A stretch of DNA of 64,000 nucleotides from Macrostomum lignano (Eukaryota), in NCBI GenBank assembly GCA_002269645.1, contig NIVC01000109.1:372001-436000 (forward strand). Reading direction: 5' to 3'. The notes under the pieces were generated by a model. That model did no database searches. It was not told the DNA's origin and worked only from the letters and a program-made list of their open reading frames with translations. Positions 21,600-35,633 of the stretch are shown here, in pieces. A program made the translations under genes and the position numbers. Numbering within the stretch: position 1 is the stretch's first letter; each line of letters opens with the position of its first letter.

Positions 21600-22075
21600 T
21601 AATGTACAGCCAAGCTACAGCCGAGCAATAGCCAGGTACAGCCTAGCTACAGCCAGGTACAGCCAAGCTACAGCCAGGTACAGCCAAGCTACAGTCAGGT
21701 ACAGCCAAGCTACAGTCAGGTACAGCCAAGCTACAGTCAGGTACAGCCAAGCTACAACATCCTACAGCAAGCTACAGCCAATCTACAGCCAAGCTACAGT
21801 CAGGTACAGTCAGGTACAGATAAGCTACAGCCAAGCTACAACTAGCTACAGCCAAGCTACAGCAAACTACAGCCAAGCTACAGCTAAGCTACAGCCAGCT
21901 ACAGCCAAGCTAGAGCAAGCTACAGCCAAGCTAAAGCCAAGCTACAGCCAAGCTACAGCCAAGCTACAGCCAAGCTACATCGAAAACTACAAGCTACAGC
22001 CAATCTACAGCCAAAGTTACAATCTACAGCCAAGCTACAGCCAGGTACAGCTAAGCTACAGCCAGCTACAGCTAC
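21600..22075. repeat. 11-bp minisatellite (ctacagccaag)
   Basis: Degenerate tandem units. Confidence 0.85.
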
Positions 22076-23439
22076 AGGTTTTCGGGTCCCGCGACGGTGA
22101 TTGCGCATTTCACCGTATTGGCGCTCAACTTCTTTTTTCACTAGCTAAATGATATAAAGTACCAGCGTAAACAATTTTAATTGTCTGCTTTATGTACTTC
22201 AAGTGATTGCTGAACCGCTAAGACAGTCAATATTTGTGATATTGACCAACCCCGCTGCCGGCCTGCCCCACCCCACCTCATTTCTGTCGGGGTATTTAAA
22301 GTGCAAAAGCTTTATTCCAACTTTTTGAATATTCGGTAAATTCGCACTGATGTTGGGACAATGACAGAAACCGATCTTACTCACTCCTAAATTAACCCAA
22401 TGAGCGTCAGAGCACGAGAGCTCAAGGCACCTTCAGCAGTCCTCTGGCCGGATCCACTTCTAACTCTGTACGGAAGATCTCGACCCGTCCCTAAGAAGAC
22501 AATAGAGTACGAACCTCCAACCCTCTTAGAAATAACGCAGCTCACTCAAGATGCTCTTGAATTCCACAAGTCCGACAGGCAAACGACGGGCCAGGCTGCA
22601 CTGGAGCGTCAGGCTGCTCTCGATCTTTTGAGTTAATCTGAGCATCTGAGTCTGAGTAGACTCTGCGCACCACCTGTGCCATCAACCTCAACACACAAAT
22701 GATATAAATATTGTGCACTGCTTCATCCTTGGGTACACCGACCATGAGCAGTTCGCTTTCTGATGCCAGAAGGACTGCAGTGCCACTACTACTCGCTACT
22801 TTGAAGTCACAGATCGAACAGATCGAATGCCACTGCAAAGATCTGGAAGCAATTGGACGTAAAGTCAGTTCACAATATTATGTGATTACAAGTGTCCTGG
22901 CAATCAAAAGCAGATCTGCGGTGCTTCTTACTTTATGACTGTGTACGAGCAGCCCGCCATAATCAAGTCTTAGTTCGTTCGTCAGAGACGCAACTAACTG
23001 ACAAATTTATGAGAACTTTGAACAAGAAAAGCGTTAGCTGAATATCAAAAATCATGAGGATTCTGATAAATCTACAAAATTACTTCATCGGTGTTCTCTA
23101 TTGTCCATGTTTTCTCAAACAATACTGTTCATGGACAGCAGTAGAACAGAAATGTTTGCCTTAAAAAGTTCTGGAACATAGCGCACTGTAAAAATGTTTG
23201 GAATTTGAAGAAGCACCCTAAGGACCATCCAGTGCCGTTGCTTTTGTCAGTTTTTTTCTGAGAATTTGTCAGAAACCGATTGGCTGACGTTTTAGTGAAT
23301 AATTATTTATTTATTTTCAAACAAAACACGCATTTAGCATTAATGATGAAAACTGGTGCACACTAAATATCAAAAATGCACAGAGATTTGTAGTTGCTTA
23401 GCTTGAATTACAGATTAGATCTATTACTAGAAATCTCAC

Positions 23440-24162
23440 ACTAGAACACACGAAATCTCACACTAGAACACACAAATCTCACACTAGAACACACGAAATC
23501 TCACACTAGAACACACAAATCTCACACTAGAACACACGAAATCTTACACTAGAACATTGGAAATCTCACACTAGAACACACAAATCTCACACTAGAACAC
23601 TGGAAATCTCACACTAGAACACACGAAATCTCACACTAGAACACACGAAATCTCACACTAGAACACACGAAATCTCACACTAGAACACACGAAATCTCAC
23701 ACTAGAACATTGGAAATCTCACACTAGAACACACAAATCTCACACTAGAACACTGGAAATCTCACACTAGAACACACGAAATCTCACACTAGAACACACG
23801 AAATCTCACACTAGAACACACGAAATCTCACACTAGAACACACGAAATCTCACACTAGAACACACGAAATCTCACACTAGAACACACGAAATCTCACACT
23901 AGAACACACGAAATCTCACACTAGAACACACGAAATCTCACACTAGAACACACGAAATCTCACACTAGAACACACGAAATCTCACACTAGAACACACGAA
24001 ATCTCACACTAGAACACACGAAATCTCACACTAGAACACACGAAATCTCACACTAGAACACACAAATCTCACACTAGAACACACGAAATCTTACACTAGA
24101 ACATTGGAAATCTCACACTAGAACACACAAATCTCACACTAGAACACTGGAAATCTCACACT
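23440..24162. repeat. 22-bp minisatellite (aaatctcacactagaacacacg) directly after the MRPL39 stop
   Basis: Tandem units. Confidence 0.92.
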
Positions 24163-24169
24163 AGTCATT

Positions 24170-27100
24170 TCAACGCGCAGCAGCAGCAGCAGCAGGTTTC
24201 GAAGCCGCTGCCCCAATCTGCGGCTGCTCAGACGGCGGGAAGGTGGAGTTGAGCTCGGACGCCTTCTCCAAAGCGGCATCAGCCCAGTCGGCCACCTCAG
24301 CTGGCGACATGCCGGCGGCAGCGGCGATGCCCTGCACCCGAGCAAGGCTGCCATAATCTGCAGACTCAATCCGGTGCACAGCCGCGAACAGCAGGCTGGC
24401 GATCTGGCCAGTGCGACTCAGAAGGGGTCCTTGGCCAAGCAGGTCTACGAAGTCGCCGACTTTGTACACCGCGACTGAGGCTGCTGGCTGCTGCTGACGC
24501 TGGGGTCCGCTGACCGAGTGAGCGGCAGCTGCAGAAAGACAAGAGTTTGGACGGAGCATGCATGCATGAATTGCTCAAACTGATAATTACTCAATGGGGA
24601 ACTGCTCAAACTGCTAATTACTCAATGGGGAACTGCTCAAACTGCTAATTACTCAATGGGGAACTGCTCAAACTGCTAATTACTCAATGGGGAACTGCTC
24701 AAACTGCTAATTACTCAATGGGGAATTGCTCAGATTAGCAAAGGATAAATGAGGGATCGCTTAAAATGGCTAAATAGTTCATTGGGGGACATCGCTCAGA
24801 AATCCCAATCGATGGGAAGTCTCCCATATCGCACAACAGCAGAGAATTTAAAAACCCACCAGCGGAAGCGCTGGCGGCCCTCTTGGCGGCGGCCAGCTTG
24901 AACGGATTGTGCTTGAACATGTCAAGGGCGACAGGCAGTGGCAGCTCCAGCCATTCGAACGGCGCATCCGCTGACAGCAGCGGCAGGGCGGCGCGGCTCA
25001 GGGCGCGCAGTTCGGCGCGACTCGGCGCCCAGGCGGAGAGGCAGTGACCGCCAGTGAGCTGCAGTACGCTGTGCTGCAGGGCTTGGTCCTTTGTTACCTG
25101 AGCAGGCCGGGTAGGGGTTGTTCCATAGTTAATCCCTTGTTTGAGATGCTCAAAGTGTCACATCATCGAATACTGACATGCTCAAAGTGTCACATCATCG
25201 AATACTGACATGCTCAAAGTGTCACACAATCGAATACTGACATGCTCAAAGTGTCACATCATCGAATACTGACATGCTCAAAGTGTCACATCACTGAATA
25301 TTGACATGCTCAAAGTGTCACATCACTGAATATTGACATGCTCAAAGTGTCACATATTGAATATTGACATGCTAAAAGTGTCACATCATCGAATACTGAC
25401 ATGCTCAAAGTGTCACACCATCGAATACTGACATCCTCAAAGTGTCACACCATCGAATACTGACATCCTCAAAGTGTCACACCATCGAATACTGACATGC
25501 TCAAAGTGTCACACCATCGAATACTGACATCCTCAAAGTGTCACACCATCGAATACTGACATCCTCAAAGTGTCACACCATCGAATACTGACATGCTCAA
25601 AGTGTCACACCATCGAATACTGACATCCTCAAAGTGTCACACCATCGAATACTGACATCCTCAAAGTGTTACACCATCGAATACTGACATGCTCAAAGTG
25701 TCACATCACTGAATATTGACATGCTCAAAGTGTCACATATTGAATATTGACATGCTAAAAGTGTCACATCATCGAATACTGACATGCTCAAAGTGTCACA
25801 CCATCGAATACTGACATCCTCAAAGTGTCACACCATCGAATACTGACATCCTCAAAGTGTCACACCATCGAATACTGACATGCTCAAAGTGTCACACCAT
25901 CGAATACTGACATCCTCAAAGTGTCACACCATCGAATACTGACATCCTTAAAGTGTCACACCATCGAATACTGACATGCTCAAAGTGTCACACCATCGAA
26001 TATTGACATGCTCAAAGTGTCACATCATCGAATATTGACATGCTCAAAGTGTCACATCACTGAATATTGACATGCTCAAAGTGTCACATCATCGAATACT
26101 GACATGTTCAAAGTGTCACACCATCGAATACTGACATCCTCAAAGTGTCACATCATCGAATACTGACATGTTCAAAGTGTCACACCATCGAATACTGACA
26201 TGCTCAAAGTGTCACATCATCGAATACTGACATGCTCAAAGTGTCACATCATCGAATACTGACATGCTCAAAGTGTCACATCATCGAATACTGACATGTC
26301 CAAAGTGTCACATCATCGAATACTGACATGCTAAAAGTGTCACATCATCGAATACTGACATGCTCAAAGTGTCACACCATCGAATACTGACATCCTCAAA
26401 GTGTCACACCATCGAATACTGACATCCTCAAAGTGTCACACCATCGAATACTGACATGCTCAAAGTGTCACACCATCGAATACTGACATCCTCAAAGTGT
26501 CACACCATCGAATACTGACATCCTCAAAGTGTCACACCATCGAATACTGACATGCTCAAAGTGTCACACCATCGAATACTGACATCCTCAAAGTGTCACA
26601 CCATCGAATACTGACATCCTCAAAGTGTTACACCATCGAATACTGACATGCTCAAAGTGTCACATCACTGAATATTGACATGCTCAAAGTGTCACATATT
26701 GAATATTGACATGCTAAAAGTGTCACATCATCGAATACTGACATGCTCAAAGTGTCACACCATCGAATACTGACATCCTCAAAGTGTCACACCATCGAAT
26801 ACTGACATCCTCAAAGTGTCACACCATCGAATACTGACATGCTCAAAGTGTCACACCATCGAATACTGACATCCTCAAAGTGTCACACCATCGAATACTG
26901 ACATCCTTAAAGTGTCACACCATCGAATACTGACATGCTCAAAGTGTCACACCATCGAATATTGACATGCTCAAAGTGTCACATCATCGAATATTGACAT
27001 GCTCAAAGTGTCACATCACTGAATATTGACATGCTCAAAGTGTCACATCATCGAATACTGACATGTTCAAAGTGTCACACCATCGAATACTGACATCCTC

Positions 27101-28744
27101 AAAGTGTCACATCATCGAATACTGACATGTTCAAAGTGTCACACCATCGAATACTGACATGCTCAAAGTGTCACATCATCGAATACTGACATGCTCAAAG
27201 TGTCACATCATCGAATACTGACATGCTCAAAGTGTCACATCATCGAATACTGACATGTCCAAAGTGTCACATCATCGAATACTGACATGCTCAAAGTGTC
27301 ACATCATCGAATACTGACATGCTCAAAGTGTCACATCATCGAATACTGACATGCTCAAAGTGTCACACCATCGAATATTGGCATGCTCAAAGTGTCACAT
27401 CATCGAATACTGAAATGCTAAAAGTGTACTAACCCGACAGTCGTACACAAAGCTTCCAGTTGAGAAGTGAGGTGGCGGACTGCTAACGAGTTGCACTCTG
27501 TACTCCTCCTTGAATGCGGTCTCGAACACGGAGCCGAGTAGCATTGCTCCGGAGCGCCACAGGGCGTTGTTACCCGCTTTCATGTCTGTTCGGTTTAGAA
27601 AGGGAGGATGCCAGGAAATCAGGATGCACAAGTGCCTTAACAAGTCGCCGTGAATGCTTGGTTAATTCCACCTGTAGAGTTAAAACTGCAGCTCAGCTTA
27701 ATTTTTTTGCTTAACCCTCTGCGGCTCTATATTGCCCAATGAAAACCGTACATAGGCCAAGAAGCGTCCCAGACTCTAAAGGAGAGAAGTGACTTAAGAC
27801 GACTCCGTCTAAGGCGACGAGATGTCACCAAAAAGTCGCCTAAAAGTCGATTTGAGGCGTTTTATTGTCTGCAACACTGAAAGACCCAGGGGCCGAAGAG
27901 AGTTGCTTTAGTATCACTGAGTTGCATTTGTGCAACTTTATGAATTAGAATCGCATTTACATTTATGACAACTCTATTTAATCTACTCGAGTTAGTAGAA
28001 AGTTTAAGCACTAACAAGACTCTTGGACGACTTTTACGTGAGTCTTTTACGATTCTACAAATCACGCGATGCACTCTTGACTCAACAGTCGTCTCTACGC
28101 CGCATTACAATTGCTTGAGTCGTTAAAAAGTCACGAGAGTCACTATAGATTCACCAGTGGGTTGTTTGCAATGACTCTAGCGATTCTTGTCACGGTAACG
28201 TTTTCAAAGGGCTGAATTCAACGATGCCGTCTGCTCAGAGGTCAGCGAACTAATGTATGTTATTAAACACACTACTCATGAACCCACCAACAGCCTCTTG
28301 CCGACTAGCTGGACTGCCCCTCATGAGTGGAACAAATCTCAGAAGGCAGGACTTTTTCAGCGGCCTGCGCATACTCCAATAGTACTGCTCGTCAACAACT
28401 GCCAGGGCCGAGTCGCGCACTAAGTTACCACCGCCTCCATCCTGAGCAGCCTCATCCAACTGCTTGGCAACATCCAAAGGCGTTGACGCGGCGTTCAACT
28501 TCAAAGAGACCGACTTTGACAACTTGTCAGCCGTGGATACTTCAATAGCAGCCTCAGTTGCCGCAGTCTTGGTACTTCTCTGACGCTCTTGCTCGGCTAA
28601 GAAGACTGACAAGCGATGCTGACGCTGCTCTTTGTTGGTTGCTAAGGAAGCCACAGCGCTACTACCTGGTCTCCAAGGCTGAGTTTGTAGCAGTAGTTTC
28701 TTTACTGTAGGTAGTTGCCGATGCAATGTTACTGGTAACGACAT
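24170..28744 (-). CDS. MRPL39: Mitochondrial ribosomal protein mL39 (ThrRS-like fold). Exons 28744-28288, 27585-27434, 25097-24860, 24528-24170
   Basis: LNAASTPLDVAKQL...ALAVVDEQYYWSMRRPLKKSC, ALWRSGAMLLGSVFETAFKEEYRVQLV, PFEWLELPLPVALDMFKHN, VYKVGDFVDL..GPLLSRT; about 401 aa with consistent phases. Confidence 0.85.
24575..24735. repeat. 31-bp tandem repeat in MRPL39 intron 3
   Basis: actgctcaaactgctaattactcaatgggga, about 5 copies. Confidence 0.85.
25145..27415. repeat. 32-bp minisatellite filling MRPL39 intron 2, with a 959-bp higher-order duplication
   Basis: Unit ctcaaagtgtcacatcatcgaatactgacatg; rare variants recur 959 bp apart. Confidence 0.93.
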
Positions 28745-28797
28745 TTTTAATCAAAGCTTTGAACAAATAACTGCATGCATTGAATGCACGAGTAGCC

Positions 28798-29455
28798 GTC
28801 AGAATCTGCCAAACCTAGCTCATCAACAACTGTCAGAATCTGCCAAACCCAGCTCACAAACATCTGTCAGAATCTGCCAAACTCAGCTCACAAGCATCTG
28901 CCAGAATCTGCCAAACCCAGCTCACAAACAACTGCCAGAATCTGCCAAACCCAGCTCACAAACATCTATTAGAATCTGCCAAACCCAGCTCACAACAAAT
29001 GCCAGAATCTGCCAAACTCATCTCACAAGCATCTGCCAGAATCTGCCAAACCCAGCTCACAAGCATCTGCCAGAATCTGCCAAACCCAACTCACAAACAA
29101 CTGTCAGAATCTGCCAAACCCAGCTCACAAACATCTATTAGAATCTGCCAAACCCAGCTCACAACAAATGTCAGAATCTGCCAAACCCAGCTCACAAACA
29201 TCTATTAGAATCTGCCAAACCCAGCTCACAACAAATGTCAGAATCTGCCAAACCCAGCTCACAAACATCTATTAGAATCTGCCAAACCCAGCTCACAACA
29301 AATGTCAGAATCTGCCAAACCCAGCTCACAAGCAACTGTCAGAATCTGCCAAACCCAGCTCACAACAAATGTCAGAATCTGTCAAACCCAGCTCACAAGC
29401 AACTGTCAGAATCTGCCAAACCCAGCTCACAACAAATGCCAGAATCTGTCCAACC
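28798..29455. repeat. About 33-bp minisatellite (cagaatctgccaaacccagctcac...) between LIPT2 and MRPL39
   Basis: Tandem units. Confidence 0.9.
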
Positions 29456-29701
29456 AAGCATATAAAAAACTGCATACAAGCACGTAACAGAACAAAAAGA
29501 TATATTTGCAAAAATAATATTCTAGCAAAGTATTTGAATAGGTAGACATTCAAGATCAAGACTACTAATGTCATACTGTAAGAACAGTAAAGCTTTCAAC
29601 TTTATATTTGGTAGACACAATCATTACAAGTGTAAACCTGATACAGCTACAGAAAGACAGATAAAAATAACTAGTAGATGAAATAATTCTAAACCAATCA
29701 A

Positions 29702-31157
29702 TCATTCCACACAGAAGTCAGCAGTAGCAGCTCTAGTCAGCTGCACTTCGCAATTGAACTCGGCGCTAAAAGAATCTAAAAACTCTGGCAACACCGACTC
29801 CACTGACACGTCGCGGCCCAGCTCGTTGGTTAGCGAGGTCACGGACTTGCCTAGCAGGCCGCAGGGAACGATATGTTGGAACCAGGCCAGGTCTACGTTG
29901 CAATTGATGGCCACACCGTGCGAGGTGAGGTAATTGGCCGCGTGAACTCCTAGTGCTGCTACCTGAGGATTGGGGAGTGGCATCATGGGAACTGGGAATC
30001 ATCTCAATAGCTAAGTATCAGGCAGAATCGAGGATCAGGGGGAATCGAGGGTCAGGGGGAATTGAGGGTCAGGGGGGATTGAGGGTCAGGGGGGATCGAG
30101 GATCAGGGGGAATCTAGGGTCAGGGGGAATCGAGGGTCAGGGGGAATCGAGGGTCAGGGGGAATCTAGGGTCAGGGGGTATCGAGGGTCAGGGGGAATCG
30201 AGGGTCAGGGGGAATCCAGGGTTAGGGAAGAATCGAAGGTTAGGGAAGAATCGAAGATCAGGGAGAATCGAGGGTTAGAGAAGAATTGAAGGTCAGGGAG
30301 AATCGATGGTTAGGGAGAATCGAAGGTCAGGGAGAATCGAGGGTTAGGGAAGAATCGAAGGTTAGGGAAGAATCGAGGGTTAGGGAAGAATCGAAGGTCA
30401 GGGAGAATCGAGGGTTAGGGAAGAATCGAAGGTCAGGGAGAATCGAAGGTCAGGAAGAATCGAGGGTTAGGGAAGAATTGAAGGTCATGGAGAATCGAGG
30501 GTTAGGGAAGAATCGAAGGTCAGGGAGAATCGAAGGTCAGGGAGAATCGAGGGTCAGGCAGATTCTATAATATTAGGAAGCTGTGATCGTGGTGAATCTA
30601 ATCTAGAGACAATGGGAAGTCAAAGAAAGAGGGTCCAAATACAGAAAAGTGAAAGCAGCAAAATAAAAACTACAACCACAGCTCACCTTCCGGTCGGCAA
30701 TCCACACGCCCACATCCTCAGTAGTGCGCGCGTCCCCAAGCCCGTAGCCCCTGGCGCACAGATCCACAACAGTTCGCTGCAGCCGACACACGTAGTCCCT
30801 GAGACTGCGGCCGTGGTTCCTCAGGTCCAGCATCGGGTAGGCCACCAGCTGGCCGGGCCCGTGGAATGTCAGCAGGCCGCCGCGGTCGGCGCGATGAAAC
30901 TCGGCGCCAATTGAGCGCAGCCGAGCCGCCAGCTGGTCGGTGTCGCCGTCGGCCGAATTTGCCGGATCGACGCCGCGAATGCCGACGGTGTACACTGGGC
31001 GATGCTCGAGCAATAGCAGACAGTCTGCTTTCAGGGGCCGACTGCGCAGCAAAGCTGAGTGAAAGCGTTGCAATAATAGGCCTTCCTTGTAGCTGAGGCG
31101 GCCGTGCCAGATGGCCCGGATCAGCCTCCTGGGACTGGGGCCAGCAGCAGCTGACAT
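29702..31157 (-). CDS. LIPT2: Mitochondrial octanoyltransferase (LipB-like). Exons 31157-30687 and 29962-29702, 243 aa
   Basis: LLLLEHRPVYTVG, DRGGLLTFHGPGQLVAYP, GVWIADRK|VAALGVH..LTSHGVAINCNVDLAWFQHIVPCG. Confidence 0.93.
30022..30560. repeat. 18-bp purine-rich minisatellite (gggagaatcgagggtcag) in the LIPT2 intron
   Basis: Tandem units. Confidence 0.88.
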
Positions 31158-32899
31158 GCAGCAGGGTGGGCTAACATATTAGTGATTTATAATTCATCTC
31201 ATGCTTCAATTATATGCTCTATAGATGGTTATCTATCTAGCTCACAGCTGTGTGCCAGATGGGAGGGGATAGAGGAGAGAGAAGATAAAATGAGATGAGA
31301 TAAGAAGGGGAGAAAGAGAAAAGAGAAGAGGGAACAAAGGAAAGAGAGCTGAGAATAGACACAAACCTTGAGCAGGCCAGGTTAATATTGTATAGAAGCT
31401 TTGCAGGCCCATGTAGTCCATGGGTTGGAGTTTTTGACCCCTGGCCTGGCAGCTTGAAAATTGCCATATAGTTAAGGCTTATTCACACTGCTATTAAATG
31501 AGCCACTAAATCACATGACCTATGTACAAAAGAATCTAGTGGCCATCTAAGAGCCAGCTATACTTAACTGATACTTTGAGAAGGCAAAATGAGACTGATA
31601 AAGTTGATAGCTAGATTTATTAATCATTAGGATTGTAGCATAGCTAAGGCAAAATCTGAGCCAAAATTTTATTAAAACTAATAGATTAACAAATAAGTAT
31701 GCTTTATAACAAAATTTATAATTTTTAGAGTCATATAGCTATAGCTTATGCTAGCAAAGTTGCATACGTCTATGCCTATTATACACCTTTGAGAACTTTA
31801 ATATGTACTATTCAAATAGACACAAAACTCTTAAAACCCTTTTATCTATTTATTAATATATACTATGGACCCTAATATCCCTAGTATATATACCTTATGC
31901 ATGTACACTAAGGACTCCTTTATAAATCTGAATGTTCTTTGGCAAAGACCACTTTGACTAGCTTATGATATAACATGGTATAAAATAGCCATATGATAAT
32001 AAATAACAATATAGAAAAATAAAGAAAGGCTTTAGACCCTACAGAGCAGCCATAGACATCTGTATCTACCTATAAAACACCATGGCATTAAATTAAAAAA
32101 ACCTGCTATCTATAGTATATTTTTAACTAGGCCTATATGTATTTTGAGTTGAGTTTAGTAATAAGCAGCCATAGCAACAGCCTTATTAGGAGCCATAGCT
32201 CTATGTGTTGCTTAGTGTTTTTTGTGTAATGGCATAGCAACAATTATTGGTTTAACTACAGCTATACTTTGAGGTTATACATTGTACTCACTGATTAGAC
32301 TAAACTACTGTAAGCTTATATTCTATGTTTTTTGCTCAACTATTAATTTTTCTATGCCTTTTATATATATTTTTATTGTTTAAATGTATTGTTTATCTGG
32401 TCATTAATTCAAATTAAAAAATTAATTCAAATATTCATTTACTAATAAACTCATGAATATGAAAATGGGTACTAGGCCTAGGCATTTTGACCAAAATGGT
32501 GATTGTGTAATTTAGAGATATAGCCATATATGTATCTTCATTTTCTTTTTTTCAATGCTAATTTTTAGTTTTCATGTGTAATAAAATATGATCAAAATTG
32601 TTGCTACAATAATTGTGTTATTGCATTATTGTGATTTTGTTTGTTATAATTATGAATTATTATGAGTTTTTAAAAGTCATTCCTTCAATTAAAGCCAACT
32701 TAAATAATTAGAGGGTAAAAAAGAGAAAGGGTTTGGCCTGGAATGAATTGACTTAAATTGAAGACTGAAGTTACAATATACAGTATAATACATATATAAT
32801 TATTTCTAAGTCAATCAATAATAAAATACATTGTCATTACTATTCTCTTTTCTTTTACTTTTAAGTTACTTTTCTCCAAGTTTGGGCAATACCTTGGCC

Positions 32900-33285
32900 A
32901 AACTGGGGCAATTAGAGGCAAGATGGTCCATGGCCAAAATTGTCTATACTCAGCAACAGCTAAACCCCCCCCAACTTACACTGTCACATGGCCCAAAAGT
33001 TTTGTATGCCATCGGTGACTCAGAAATGTGTGAAGGCTGCTGCTGCCAGATGCGAGCGCAAAGTGCGGCATGGGGGATTTGGGGAGGGGGTGGCGAAACT
33101 CAACCTACTAGTGGGAATTAAAGACATTGCTTAACCTTTGTGCCCGTGTGACAGCGTGAGTTGGAGGGGGGGGTAGCTGTTGCTGAGTATATATATATAT
33201 GGGTGAAATAGTCTAGGCAAAATGGTCTGGGGCAAAATGTCCATGGTCAAAATGGTTTATGGGCGAAATGACTGGTTACCACCTT
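32900..33285. repeat. Fold-back / MITE-like segment
   Basis: tatactcagcaacagcta...caacttacactgtcacatggcccaaaag (about 32946-33000, +) matches about 33137-33192 (-); ggcaaaatggtc-type short repeats lie outside the arms. Confidence 0.55.
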
Positions 33286-35385
33286 GGCACTCAACAGAAC
33301 AGAATGCATAGATATAGACTAAGAAAGCAATATATTTAGCTTGCTAAGTTGGCAATATTTCTTAGAATAGCAACAAAAAATGAGTTATTGATAACAGATC
33401 AAAACAATAAAAGATAGGCCTAGTAGCAAATTATGATTAGTTGAAAGTTACAATGGCACTAATAAAAATTATCAATTGGCTACAATTTTTTTGCTAATAC
33501 ATAAATAATTAATCTATAAATAAGCAAATCTTTTAAATCTTTTGGTTTTGCTTTTATGTTTGCATATGCCTATCACTTACTTAGAATTAAGGAAGCCTAT
33601 TGCCCAGCTTCGGTATGACATAATTCATAAGAATGCTCAGAACTTAAAGCTTCATATTATATTAGGCTAATATATACATTTATAAAAGTGTGCGCAATGA
33701 TTTTTTCTGGGGAATACTAGACTATACAGACAGATTTCAGATGGTAAATTTTAGTTTCGAGTCAAAAATCGTTTTACATTCAAGTTTTTTTTGCTAAATC
33801 GATCTTTTTGTTATTTTTATCTTATCGGGAACTGGAACTGAAAAACCGGTCATCACTTATAAGCCAATCAAAAAATGCCATAGTTAAAATTTAAATATGC
33901 AGAAACGTTTCCTGGGAATGAAAGTTTAAACAATTTTTAATTATGCTAATATTATATCAGCTCTTACTACACCTAATTGTTTTAAATGTCCGCAAAAGTA
34001 CTGCAACTGATAAAGATGAACCAGAAGTAAAAACTGGGTGTTTATAGGCCCTAGTTCATTTCATGCTCATTCTCGTTTCTAGTAAATCACTCTCCAAGTG
34101 CGTGATATCAGGTCTTGCGACGGGGCTCGCCTTAGACAAGGGTCAAGGTGTCAAGGTGTCGCCTTAGACACAGCTGATTTTTATTCTAGTTTGCATCAAA
34201 ACTTGGAACCTATGGACCTATTATAGTTGTTTTTTTCAAACAGAATCCAAGTTTTTGTTGCAAATGGCACCGTGACATGGCTGCCCCGTGACATGACAGA
34301 ACAGAACAATCTACAATGTATGTAGGTTCAACAGTTGATGTTGAAGATCGTTTCGACTGCTGCTAGTTCGTCTTCCACTCTTTCATTTACAAAAATACAA
34401 TACAATATCGATAATCATTTTGTCTGTCACAAAATATTACATACGAGTGTACGACGTCGTCAATAGGCCATATTATATATTATATAAATTATAAAATTTA
34501 AAGGAAATAGGGCCTATCTGTATCTTCAGCTGCTGTCATAATTTTTGAGATAGTGATAGGATAGGCCTAGGATATTAAGATGACAATCAAAATCTTCATC
34601 TTGATGCTTTGAATTTCTAGGTCTGGGATCCCATTGTATAGGCCTAGCCTAATTTATAAACCCTGGGATCCTTGGATAAAATGACAACTTTCTAAATCTA
34701 AAGCTCTAGATTCTAGTTTAGAATTAGCCCTTTAAGCAGGTTAGATTCAGCCTAGGGCCTAGCAGCCCTTGCTAGAGATTTATGAGATGAAAGAAGGCCC
34801 CCCAAATAATAAAAACTCTAAATAATAAATTATAAGACAGAAAAATAGTCTTTAAATTTAAAAATCATAGGGCCAGGCCTAGGCCTAGTTTAAGAATAAA
34901 TTTAGATCACTTTTAAGAAATTAATATTTTTTAGTTTAAACCTATTTAATTTAACCTATTAAACATAGAAAATAAATGATTTGGCTCTTGGGTTTCTTCT
35001 ATCTAGGCCTAATGCATCTTTGTTTTATAATTTTTTTTATTCTAAATTTATAATTTTTTTTAAATTTAGATTGACTATAATATAATAAATTTTAATTGTT
35101 TTGCCTTCAAACTGTTTTAGCCATGGATGATATTTCACCCTAGATCATTTTATCCATAGTCCATTTCACCCCTAAACCAATTTAGCTTTTTAGCATTTTG
35201 GCCAAAATGGTAATTATGTAATTTAAAGGTATAGGTATATATGTATCTTTGAATACTTGTCTCATTAAAATTTCTAATAGGAAGTTTAATTTTGAGCAAA
35301 CTGCAAACAAGATGCATCATTAGGTTTGATAGCAATAAAATGTATTTTTAGGTTGCGTCAAAAACAGAACTTCAAGCTCTATATA

Positions 35386-35399
35386 GTTGCCATGGAAAC
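35386..35399. promoter_or_regulatory. RFX X-box-like motif GTTGCCATGGAAAC
   Basis: Near-palindromic X-box consensus, 235 bp upstream of the aralar ATG. Confidence 0.4.
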
Positions 35400-35633
35400 T
35401 AATTTTTGGGAGATCAGTATAGTAAAATTTATTAAAGCTTAGTAAAGTTATCACTAGTTCAAATTCAAAACCATACAAACCATTTGAAGTAAATAGCTAT
35501 TTTTTAACCATTCTAAATTAGCATGAAAATATCATTAAGAAAAATGTTCAATGTCACTACAAGCACCATAATATAAATTTGTTTTACAATATTCATGGCT
35601 GACATATTCAACATTCGTAGGCTAAGCAGCCGC

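Noticed and set aside
27711-28215. Possible TTAA/CCC piggyBac-like MITE in MRPL39 intron 1
   Set aside because: The left end reads ttaaccct but the right end (aaagggctga) lacks TTAA, and no convincing TIR is visible.
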